Made by a program: the position numbers and the translations under genes
Shown: in pieces, positions 21,931-32,258 of the stretch
How positions within the stretch are numbered: position 1 is the stretch's first letter
Layout: each line of letters starts with the position of its first letter
Notes under the pieces: generated by a model
What the model was told of the DNA's origin: nothing
Databases searched by the model: none
What the model saw: only the letters and a program-made list of their open reading frames with translations
Sequence record: MN988522.1
Direction: 5' to 3' (one strand)
DNA: 64,000 nt

Positions 21931-22425
21931 ATCTAAACGTGACATATGATATTTCTTGAAGATACTGACATTGATACAGTCAATACAACATCCACTCACT
22001 TTGAGAAACTGGAAGGACCATTCTTTCAGATTACTCACAATACTGCATATACTCGTGCGACTTATACGATTAAGAGAGCACTCATTATCAAGAAGAGTCT
22101 TGAAGAGAAGAAGGTCGATAAGAGACCATTTCACATTCACATGAAAGATCATCCTAGTAGCAGGAAACATAAATAATGGCATATGACTTGAATATCCTCG
22201 ACGATGGTGAGACAGAGATCGTTGCTAATGTCATGGGAAATCTAGGTCTCGAAGAAGGAGACGATGACGATCATGAGAAGTTCGTAGAATTTCTAAAGAC
22301 TGCTGATGAATTCGACATTCTGGATAAGTATCTTACATGGATCGGTATCATCGGATTCACTAACGAGATCCTTGATGTGATCGAGAAGATCCGTGAAGCT
22401 AAGATCAAGACTGAGGACGAATCTA

Positions 22426-23382
22426 GTGATTGAAGAGAATCAGAATGTAGCTAATCATCTTAATCGTCTTGTCTCATTCTACAAGATCGCAGGTGAGACT
22501 AATAAGGCTACATCATTCGCTAAGGCTGCTGCGTCTATCCTTGCTATGGATGAATCTGTTCAAGGATATGACTTCTGGAAGAATAAGATTCCAGGGATTG
22601 GCGGATCGACGATTAAAGAGATCAGTGAGTATCTGAAATGGGGTACGACTGAGAGAATGAAGGATCTAGAATCCAAGCATGCGACTCGTAATCCTGATCT
22701 TGCAGGACTTCAGACGATTCCTGGAGTAGGGATCATGAAAGCTCTGGAGCTATGGAAGAAGTATGGAGTAGCTGACGTCATCGAAGCTATCAAAGCTGCT
22801 CAGAATGGACGTATTCCTGATGAAGAACTCAAGAAGAATATCCTCTCAATGGCAATTCAGCAGGATACTCTTGTTTACAGTGATGTGATTATCGCTGCTC
22901 AAGATCTATGCAATGCTGTAGGTAAGATCAACGGATATGCACATACTCAATTTGTAGGATCAATCCGGCGTAAGATCGAGACATTGACAGAGATTGAGAT
23001 CTTGTCAACGATTGAGGATGGAGATCTCATCCAAGTTCTGAGTGGTCTAGGTATTGACAAGATCGAATGGGTTGATCAGAGTCATGCTCGATTCAATCTA
23101 CCTATTGGTGACAAGAGCATCACTACTTCCATCTATCTGACAACTCCTGAAGAATACTACACAGGATTGTTGTATCGTACTGGTCCTAAGTCATTCATCA
23201 AAGCTATTCAATCCTTCGCTAAGGAGAGGGGATGGAAGATGAATGAGCATCGACTCTTGTTGATCAGTGATCCTAAGATCTCCCGACATATGCCTACTGA
23301 AGAATTGTTGTTCAGATTCCTAGGACTTGAGTACGTAGCTCCTGAAGATCGAGTTGATGAAACCTCAATCAAGAAGATATGA
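22426..23382 (+). CDS. polX: DNA polymerase X family-like protein with degenerate active site and no PHP domain
   Basis: HhH motifs IPGIG and IPGVG, GSIRR, YRTGPK; catalytic DxD replaced by EIE; GTG 22426 has a GAGGA RBS. Confidence 0.75.
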   Translation: MIEENQNVANHLNRLVSFYKIAGETNKATSFAKAAASILAMDESVQGYDFWKNKIPGIGGSTIKEISEYLKWGTTERMKDLESKHATRNPDLAGLQTIPGVGIMKALELWKKYGVADVIEAIKAAQNGRIPDEELKKNILSMAIQQDTLVYSDVIIAAQDLCNAVGKINGYAHTQFVGSIRRKIETLTEIEILSTIEDGDLIQVLSGLGIDKIEWVDQSHARFNLPIGDKSITTSIYLTTPEEYYTGLLYRTGPKSFIKAIQSFAKERGWKMNEHRLLLISDPKISRHMPTEELLFRFLGLEYVAPEDRVDETSIKKI

Positions 23383-23796
23383 AGATGATTATAAATAATG
23401 TCCTTCAGTCCTTAGATAAGATACCTGAAGCAATATTTGAGTATCTGCTAGTTGATTTGAATGTATTTCATGGCAAAGGATATCTTGACGTAGAAAGGAT
23501 GATGAATGACTATCTGCGTCAAGCTAAGTATCAGCGTAAGCTGCTAGTCATCACAATTCCTGCAGCTGATCTCAAAGTCAGATGGAAGATCGATGCTTAC
23601 AATGCTAGAGACTATGAGATTCCTTTATGGACAGCACCGTATTCTCGATCTGTGTATCAGTTAGCTCATATCGTTGTAGCTTATGGTGACAGGATTGTTC
23701 TCATCAAAGGTCGACCTGATCGTAGACATGATGAGAGAATCAAGTATGAGATTCATCAACAGATAAAGATGCTTCAGGATAATTCTAATTAAGCCA

Positions 23797-23845
23797 ATTC
23801 AGCGGTCAGGAGCCTTCCTCGTTGTGAGGTTCCCTATGGAGACTA
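23797..23845 (+). repeat. Second repeated leader element, copy A
   Basis: ATTCAGC...AGCCTTCCTCGTTGTGAGG...TATGGAGACTA; matches 52707-52762. Confidence 0.6.
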
Positions 23846-24447
23846 TCTGTGACTCTTTCCATTCATCCTAGAATCATTTACTTCCAGAATATCGTAGCAG
23901 AACATCATTCGAATCTTGAAAATGATTGCTCTATGTATAGAGTCATCAATGGAGATTTCTATATTAAAGTAGATCATAAGACCAATGAGGTATATGATAT
24001 TCCGAGAGGTGATGGTACATCTCGTAAAGACAGATTTAAGATTGAGTATACAGGTCCATTTCCTACATGGTATGACTACAATGGATTGCTAGCTCACGCT
24101 AAGAAGGCGCTGATTGATGATAGTATCAATGATGCTTATCGTAAGTACGAGAATGGTGAACCTATCTGTACTCAGAAGAATTTCGTTGAGACTAATGAGT
24201 ATTTCACACTCCACGGTATGATCGGAGCATCTAAAGTTTACTATGGAGCTCGCGGATACGAAGCAGTAGAGTGGTCAGCATATGTAACACCATATCCATT
24301 CAGGACTGCTGAAGAAGCTCAGTCTACTTTGACAGGTAAGTATGCTGATCCTCCTCCTAAGAAGATAAGAGATATCGTTATTACTCATGTCAAACGACGA
24401 GTCACGAAGACTGTTGAGACTGAGACATCAATCATTAAGGTTAAATC

Positions 24448-24747
24448 ATGACAACTCATACCGTAAAGAGCTGGTCTCACTTCTATGACGAGATCGTCGC
24501 AGGTCGTAAAATGCACGATATGCGAGACATGAAGGATCGAGACTACAAGGTAGGTGACTTCCTTGATCTCCAGAGATATGATAACGTGAATGGTAAGTAC
24601 ACTGGCGAGAGTGCTCTCGTAGAGATTACCTATATCACGTCAAGAAATACTCCTTGTGCATTCAGTAGTTCTGCACTGGATCGAGACTATTGCATTCTAA
24701 GTTTGAAACTCATTGAGGATGGGATAGACGGAGATGAGCACCATTGA
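24448..24747 (+). CDS. ASCH/DUF3850-like protein
   Basis: HTVKSWSHFYDEIVAGRK-HDMR--DRDYKVGDFL-L pattern. Confidence 0.7.
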   Translation: MTTHTVKSWSHFYDEIVAGRKMHDMRDMKDRDYKVGDFLDLQRYDNVNGKYTGESALVEITYITSRNTPCAFSSSALDRDYCILSLKLIEDGIDGDEHH

Positions 24748-26202
24748 GATCATGTTTGATATGGAACTGAAGAAGCCTGCTTGTGTATTGCTACAAGCTG
24801 CACATGGATGCAGTGAAGCACGATCACTCGTAGGTACTCTTGTTGATCCAGGACTATGGTTACTTGCACCTACTGAGCATATGCAGAAATTCTCTGGTCC
24901 TTATGATCTGATCAGACAGAATCTCGAACAATTGAATGACTATCATAATAATCTGAAGGATTCATCCTGTGAAGTTCGAACCTAGACAATTTTCAGATGT
25001 CACTAAAGACGATCCGTACAGCATTCTTAATTATGTTAAGTCCACGTACATTCAATTTTGCAGATTGACGAGATGGAAGACTCTGAGTGAAAGTAATGAG
25101 ACAATCGCTCAATTGAATAAAGATATCGGCAATGTCATCAACGTTGTAGGTATCGGAACATATGACCAAGCTGAGTGCTATCGTCATTACTTGAATGACT
25201 TCAATTCTGCATTGAGGATCATTCGAGATGATTGGTTCCATATTAGTCATCTCGAAATGTCTTATATACCTACAGTAGGGTCTGTCGTATCTAATTCCAA
25301 AATGTATGACGATAGTGGTCGACCAATCTCCTTCAGGACTCTTGTAGATCTTGATGTTGATCATTCTGTAGAGCTGTCGAGAGATATTGTAGATGTATAT
25401 CTACAAGCATGTCTAGGTTACATGATTAGTATTACTGCACGTATCAGTCTGAAGGATAAAATCTTCCAAAGTTCATTAGGTCCTACCATCGTCTCCAAGA
25501 ATGGTAGATATTATAAATTACCTCACGATCTATACTTTGACGTGGAAGGTCTTCGTCCTCGTACTCGAGAAGATCGTGGTGGAGTTAATCCTGCAACATA
25601 CGCAGGAGGAGTCAGAGTTAATAGCAATGGATACTTTGAAATCTGAGAATGTAAGAAGACTGTTGAATGCAGTTGAGTCAGCAGTCGAGCCTTATCTTGA
25701 CCATCCGATTCATGAGGTAGTCAAGGAAGATTATGGTCCTGACCCAATTGATCATCGATTCTACGCCAGAAAATCTCAGACAAGGACTCATCCAACATCC
25801 GTTAAGAAAGGACGATGGCGATGAATAGACTTGTAATTATCCTTGCTATCTCAGGAGCTATTGCTACTGCTAACTTCACTCGTGCACGAGGATCGAGTCT
25901 GGAGACAGATGCATATGCCTGGGAGATCTGTCAGATGATGCAGTCTACCTACAATGAGTTTGTTGGTGAGGTAGACAACAATGTGACTGATGAGAAGATC
26001 ATGTCTCGCATTCAGATCAAACTGGATAAGGATTATGTTTATCCTGGCATCTTCTATAATGCGACAGTAGTGACTGAACGACTTGACAATAACCATAAAG
26101 AATTTGTAGTTCTAGCTAAATTAAATGAAGGTCCTGCATGGATTGAGATTCGTGCATCTGACCCTGAGTGTATTGAATTTCCAAGATAATTGAGATATAA
26201 AG

Positions 26203-26622
26203 TTGACTACAGTCGCATATCGTAATGGTATTTTAGCAGCAGACTCATTAATCAACGTATCAGGTACACGTGTAGGAAAGATAGTTAAGGTACGTCGTAT
26301 TAACGACTACCTCGTAGGATTCTCAGGTGATGTGGCTTGTTCCATGAGATTCATCAGAGGATTTGAACTATCTGAATTTAAGTATCCAGTCCCTAGTGAT
26401 ATGACTGCACTGATCGTTGATCGTAAAAACAGAGTCATGAGAGTCGAAGGTGGAGAGTTCTTTGAATTTCTGAGAACTGACTATGACTCTATTGGTAGTG
26501 GATTTAACTTTGCATTAGGTGCTATGGCTCATGGAGCTAATGCAGTAGATGCTGTTAAATGTGCTATGAAGCATGATGTATATACAGGTGGACGCATTAT
26601 GTCTATCTCGTTTAAGGATTAA
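26203..26622 (+). CDS. Ntn-hydrolase / proteasome beta (HslV-like) peptidase
   Basis: N-terminal (M)TTVA, AADS, GFSG, SIGSG..FALGAM..GA.AVDAV..A...D.YTGG. Confidence 0.8.
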   Translation: MTTVAYRNGILAADSLINVSGTRVGKIVKVRRINDYLVGFSGDVACSMRFIRGFELSEFKYPVPSDMTALIVDRKNRVMRVEGGEFFEFLRTDYDSIGSGFNFALGAMAHGANAVDAVKCAMKHDVYTGGRIMSISFKD

Positions 26623-26623
26623 T

Positions 26624-27076
26624 ATGAATCGCAGATTATTTTTATCAGCATTAGCATCTACCTTATTACTATCCTCGACTCCTGCATTCTCTATTTTAGA
26701 AAACGATATTGCTGAAATACCTCCTCTCATGAAGTTGAGGTATCGTCAAATCGTTAATCGTATTAGAGATGCTATCCTCACATCCTACCTCGATACAGAG
26801 GAAGAGTCAGATAAGACTCAGAAGCGTAAGTATATTGCGAGTTACGCTACCAATTTCCTGAACTACTACAAAGACAATCGCATCATCCACAACTACGGAG
26901 CACTTGTCTACAATACGGTTCAATACGGTACTTTCACTCCAATGAGTGAGGAGACTGTCGTATCAATCTGTGTTGAGCTGGTGAAAGATGTTAAAGTCTA
27001 CATGATATTTGCTCCGTACTATGTCGAAAGAGATCCTGATCTTGTACTAGCTGAGCAATATACCTCGACACAATAG
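26624..27076 (+). CDS. Tat-signal protein with tail-sheath C-terminal-like domain
   Basis: MNRRLFLSAL signal; mature region pattern resembles the T4 gp18 C-terminus (by eye). Confidence 0.5.
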   Translation: MNRRLFLSALASTLLLSSTPAFSILENDIAEIPPLMKLRYRQIVNRIRDAILTSYLDTEEESDKTQKRKYIASYATNFLNYYKDNRIIHNYGALVYNTVQYGTFTPMSEETVVSICVELVKDVKVYMIFAPYYVERDPDLVLAEQYTSTQ

Positions 27077-27111
27077 GTTCAGTTAGCGTTCTGAAGGGAT
27101 TCTTCTTTGAG
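27074..27111 (+). promoter_or_regulatory. Repeated element, copy 7
   Basis: TAGGTTCAGTT-N12-GGATTCTTCTTTGAG; ATG 27145 follows. Confidence 0.75.
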
Positions 27112-27756
27112 TGAGGGTTGGCCTTGCGATTAAAGGAGAGTGGAATGTCTAACGTATTCTTGTTTAAATCCGACAAGAAAGCATTCGAAGATCTTTGTGA
27201 ACAGCTGGAAGATCAGGATGTTCAGTTTCATGTGACGATAATCACAGTCAATGGCATGTTGACCAAGTCTCTGACGATTGGAGAACTCGTCATCGCTGCA
27301 CTGATCGGTGAAGAATCTCACATCTATCTTACAATCTGAGGTGGACAATGGCACTAGGTCATACAATCTTCGAGTACTCTGCATTTGTACTCGAGAGAAA
27401 CAAGATGAAACTCTCGAATGTGGATCTTGCGACTACACTTCAGCAGATTTACTATACGGATCTGACTGTCTACGGATACACTGGAGTTCTGCTCAAGGAC
27501 GAGAATGAGAAGGATGTCATTATCCACGATATCATTCTCCAGGATGAGCAGTCGTTCTTCAATCACACAGGATATGTCCGACTTCCTGAACTACTCTCAA
27601 AATATCACAGTCTCTTGAATAAGACAATTGGACATGATTTCGTCAAGTTGCATTATCGAGACGGAAGATGGTATGATCCTGCTGAGCTTACAAGCATGCC
27701 AGGATACGTTGATGGCGCTCTACTGGAGCATCTGAGAAAATGTGACTATTAACGCT

Positions 27757-27800
27757 ATGCCGTATCTGGGATGAGGGTCCTAGGTACGGCATTTATTTTT
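27757..27800 (+). terminator. Rho-independent terminator
   Basis: ATGCCGTATCTGGGA...TCCTAGGTACGGCAT then TTATTTTT. Confidence 0.75.
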
Positions 27801-28636
27801 GCCTATATGAACCTGAGGGAGATTAAAATGAATACTCGTATGGTCAATATCAAATGGCCTAGTGGTAAAGTCGAAGCTTATCCATTCGACGAGGTAGATT
27901 ATCCTACGAGATACGGACCTCTACCTGTACTCATGCCACCTGAGATTCCTGGATGGAAGATTAGGAATACTGGTACTGAGTGGATTGCAATTGTTGATGA
28001 GGATTATGTTAATGAAGACTCGTGAAGAAGATCTCGAGCAAGCACTGAAGTGGACTCTTCAGTACATCGATGCGATTCCTAAAGATATCGATCTACCTAC
28101 GATGCCAGGATTCGATCGAGACTACGTTGATAGTCTTCTGACTCCTGTTATCGTACCGAGATACAGTCAAGACCTGACTCTTCAAGATAAGATGACATTG
28201 ATTCAGGATATCGATGTAAATGCTTGTATCGAGAAAGGAGTGGCTCACGGATACTATCATTTCAATTCTAGGATTAGTCTCTGGAATGAGCATAGTGAGA
28301 AGATGGTACCCTATCCATTCAGATTAGTACCTGAAGCAGTCACATATGACGTGTTTGAATTGATGACGAATAAGTATATAGTTCTTTCATTCAGACGACA
28401 AGTCAATGAGAATATCTCATGCTTCAAATGGAATGGTGAAAGATTCATCAAAGTATCTCGTAGCAAGTACAAGTGGATGGATAGATGAGTGAAGCTCAGA
28501 AAGAATTAGCTCGGAAGGTCATGGAGATGAAACATGGTGGTAGGTACAACATCATGGGACTCTTCAAGAGGAAGTCTCAGTGGGTAGAAAATAAAGAGCT
28601 ACCGAATCGATTCAGGACTAAGAAGAGGAAGAGTTA

Positions 28637-29440
28637 ATGTACTGGATTCTGCAGGACTTCGAGGACAATCATAAACTCGGAGACGTTCTCGAGAGAATGG
28701 GTAAGGAGTATTCCTACCACAAGGTCGTACCATTCGTAGGTGAGCTCATGCCTAAGCCTACGGACATTGTTGAACTCGACCGTGTGGTCATGTTTGGGTC
28801 ATATAGTCTGAGACATTACGCTAAGAAGCATGGATATACTCCAGGAGTATTTAAACTCAATCCGTACTTCGATGAATCAAGATGGTGGCCATATCTTCTG
28901 AATGGTCCTCACAATATGAAGACTGCTGAGCTCAGAGATTTGTTGTATGAACTTCAGATCAATCCTCAGGAAGCATACTTCATACGTCCTGTCGAGGATA
29001 GTAAGGAGATTGCAGGTCGAGTAATGGATCGTCAAGAGATCATCGACATGGTTGAAGGAGTACTAGCTCTCGAACCTAATGAGTTGATCGGAGGGTCTCT
29101 CGCTCCTCAGACAAGAATGATGTTCGGTGAACCTCAGAAGATCACTCGTGAGTGGAGACTCTGGGTAGTTAACGATAAGATCATTACTGCAAGTCTCTAC
29201 AAGGAAGGATCTCGTGTAGTCTATCGAGAAGAACTGGATCCGTATGCTGAGGAGTTCGCTAAGTTCGTTATCTCTCTGAATCCTAAGTACTCTCCTGCAT
29301 ATGTTCTTGACATTTGTCGTACGAGAGATAGCTACAAGATCATTGAGACGAACTGCATCAATGCTGCAGGATTCTATGCTGCTGATCTTCAGAAACTAGT
29401 GATGGCTATCGAAGATCTCAACCATTGGGATATCACATGA
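28637..29440 (+). CDS. ATP-grasp fold ligase (R2K/DUF4343-like)
   Basis: FIRP, EWRLWVV, YVLDI, KIIETN...GFY motifs. Confidence 0.75.
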   Translation: MYWILQDFEDNHKLGDVLERMGKEYSYHKVVPFVGELMPKPTDIVELDRVVMFGSYSLRHYAKKHGYTPGVFKLNPYFDESRWWPYLLNGPHNMKTAELRDLLYELQINPQEAYFIRPVEDSKEIAGRVMDRQEIIDMVEGVLALEPNELIGGSLAPQTRMMFGEPQKITREWRLWVVNDKIITASLYKEGSRVVYREELDPYAEEFAKFVISLNPKYSPAYVLDICRTRDSYKIIETNCINAAGFYAADLQKLVMAIEDLNHWDIT

Positions 29441-29760
29441 ATCGTCGATCATTTCTGCTAGGTCTCTTAGGTACGACTGTCTCAGCATCTCTACCTAAGA
29501 TTCCATCTGCACCTATATCAGGTGATGTAGGTATGTTCTACTGTCCGTATATTCCAGATCTTACAGGAATGTACTTATCTGATGTACCACCTGTAACGTA
29601 CATCACTAGTTTATCTCAATTCGTTAGTCTGTATGGACGTCCGACTAGTAATGCCACATATGTCTTAGATCTTGAGACTAACAAATTAGAACTAGAAAAT
29701 TATATGGAAGAAAGAGGATATGAGAAAGTCATTGCAGAATCGAGTCATGGAAGGACTTGA
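29437..29760 (+). CDS. Tat-signal small protein carrying capsid-like and sheath-like peptides
   Basis: MNRRSFLLGL; DVGMFYCPYIP; ITSLSQFVSLYGRPTS. Confidence 0.55.
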   Translation: MNRRSFLLGLLGTTVSASLPKIPSAPISGDVGMFYCPYIPDLTGMYLSDVPPVTYITSLSQFVSLYGRPTSNATYVLDLETNKLELENYMEERGYEKVIAESSHGRT

Positions 29761-29997
29761 TAATCTCCGTCGAAACATCGCTAGCTACCCATTCATCTGC
29801 TATACGAAAGGATTGACATATCCTCCTCGATCTGTAGAGGTAGATTTCTCTCCATGTAAGCGATTTGAACTGAGTAATCGTGTCGTATGGATGTTCAAAA
29901 CTCCTGATGAGATGCGTCAATTCAAGAGAACATACGTCACTATTGACAATAGTATGGGGAATTATTCTCCTGAATCAGCGTATTATCCGAATGAGGA

Positions 29998-30038
29998 TAG
30001 GTGCAGTTAAGGTGTATAAAGGATTCTTCTTCAGGAAG
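29998..30038 (+). promoter_or_regulatory. Repeated element, copy 8
   Basis: TAGGTGCAGTT-N12-GGATTCTTCTTCAGGAAG; ATG 30085 follows. Confidence 0.75.
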
Positions 30039-32216
30039 CGTCGTGGGGATGCCTTCCTAACCATCAAGCATTAAAGGACATAAGATGCTTAAACTCATTG
30101 AAGCTCAGAATTCCACTAACTTCGTCAACGAGATCATCGCTGGTATCTTCCAGTCGAATGTGGTGGAATCTGATCTGCAAGAAGAACTGAGTGCGCTGAG
30201 TGATGAGTTCGCGACTTCGTTCTTCTGCATGGCAGTTGAGGGACTGTCTTTCTGGACGTACGTAGGAACTCGTAAGTCCTGGGAGATCTGCGGTCATACG
30301 ATCTTGACCAAGGAGATTCTTGGGATTCTGAATTCCTAAGTTCGATCGTTAATGCTCCCTATCAATCCTGGTAGGGAGTTGTCCCTCTAACTTACTAAGG
30401 TAAGATGATGCAATTAGATGTTGCTCTATTTGAATCCCACCGTATCGCTGTCATAACGAAGGCGATCATCGATTGTGGTCGAGTTAATGGAGCATTGATG
30501 TTCCAATTGATCGACTCTGAGGAAGAGTTTCTCATTGTCGATCCGCAGTTGATCATTACCGTAGGTCCTCATCGTCTCTCTGGAGTTGATGAAATGACCT
30601 GCGTACGTAACTACGACGCTCTGAAAGTCAACCTGAATACTCTCCGAGTCGTCAGAGTCCACTAATCCTGTAATCCTCCAAATCCGTTTAACTCATAGGA
30701 GAATTAAAATGTCGAAATGGAATTCACTCTCTGGTCTCATCCAGACTCATGGTCTCAAGAATCTCCGATTCTTCTTCGAGACAACGATGCCTACGAAGAA
30801 GTTCTTCGGACTGGTCACGATCTCTGAGCCATTCAGTCAGAGGTACGTCGTCGAAGGTCGAGCTATTCGTTCGATCAAAGATGGGAAGATCTTCCTCCGT
30901 ACTCTCGACAAGAAGTACGCATCTCTGAACTTCCATGTCTCGGATCTGGAGATGCTCAGTTCATCATTCCCTGATCGTTACTACGTGATGGTCGGGAATG
31001 TCAAGTACAATCTCGGAGAGGATCTCACTCTTCCAGTTCTTGAGGAGGCATGAAATGTCTGCAGTAGTCGCTCGTCTCAAGTCGATCGATATCGACAATA
31101 CGGACAATCTCTTCTCAGGAGCATTCAAGCTTCTGATCGCAGGAGTAGGATTCCGTACTGAAGATAACAAGTTCTATGAAGTCTTCTCGCACTATGGAGA
31201 TTACTGCGGGAAGATACCGACCTACATGGTCAACTCTCTTCAAGCTCATCTGAAGAGACAGTACCAATTACTGTCTGAGAAGATTCCGTACAATCCTTCT
31301 CATGAACGTGATAACCTGACGTACGGATGGATGAATCTTGTTCCATTCGATAAGGTCGAAGATATGATGGAATTTTATGCTGACAAGCCACTGGAGATCG
31401 CATAATGTCTGCTTCATTCACAGGTCTGGACTTCCTCATCAATGGTCTCAAGGATCAGATCCTTGGTCGTCAGCCTACTCGTCGTACGGACAATCCGTGC
31501 TTCATCGTATGCTTCGATACTCGTACGTCGGATCATGGATACGATCCTAACGATGGTAACAAGCAATTGTACGATGAGATCAGCGATGCTCGATCCTTCT
31601 ACTTCGTCTTCTGCAACAATACGACTGTATGGTCGCTCGTACGTAAGGATGAGATCTTTCCTGATCCTAAGGATCTCGAATACATCCGAGATCACGCTAC
31701 GATGAATATACTTCTTCCTGCATTCAAGCATGAGAGCGATCATGATTCATGCTGGAGAAGTATTACGAGTGATGTTCTCTTCAAACATCACTGCGAGATT
31801 TATGAGAAGCTCTCAGTTCATCGCTTAGCTGCTGGAGAGAAGATCGTTCCTAACGATTATACTCCTTTCATCACTAACTTCAAGATCGCTACTGGTACTC
31901 TTGACTATGAGTACCATGGCTATGATAAACCTGTCAATGGTAATACGTCGACTCTCCTGAAGGTGACTGTCGATGATGTTATCACCAATAGGAAAATCGA
32001 ACGATGAGAGTCCATCGAGCTACATCTATCACTCGACGTTGTTCTGCGTATTCTGTTGAGTACTACATCGACGTATCTGTGAGTGGATTTGAAGCTCGAG
32101 GTAGTCTATTCTACAAGGGTAGTTTGATCAGGTCATTCCAGGCAATCAAGATCAAGAATAATAAGTTCTCAGTTACGACTGGTATGAATGGTCACAAGGC
32201 TACATTTGTAGTCACG

Positions 32217-32258
32217 TAGGTTCAGTTAGCTTCTTGGAAGGATTCTTCCTTGAAGAAG
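32217..32258 (+). promoter_or_regulatory. Repeated element, copy 9
   Basis: TAGGTTCAGTT-N12-GGATTCTTCCTTGAAGAAG; GTG 32274 follows an AAGGAG RBS. Confidence 0.75.
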
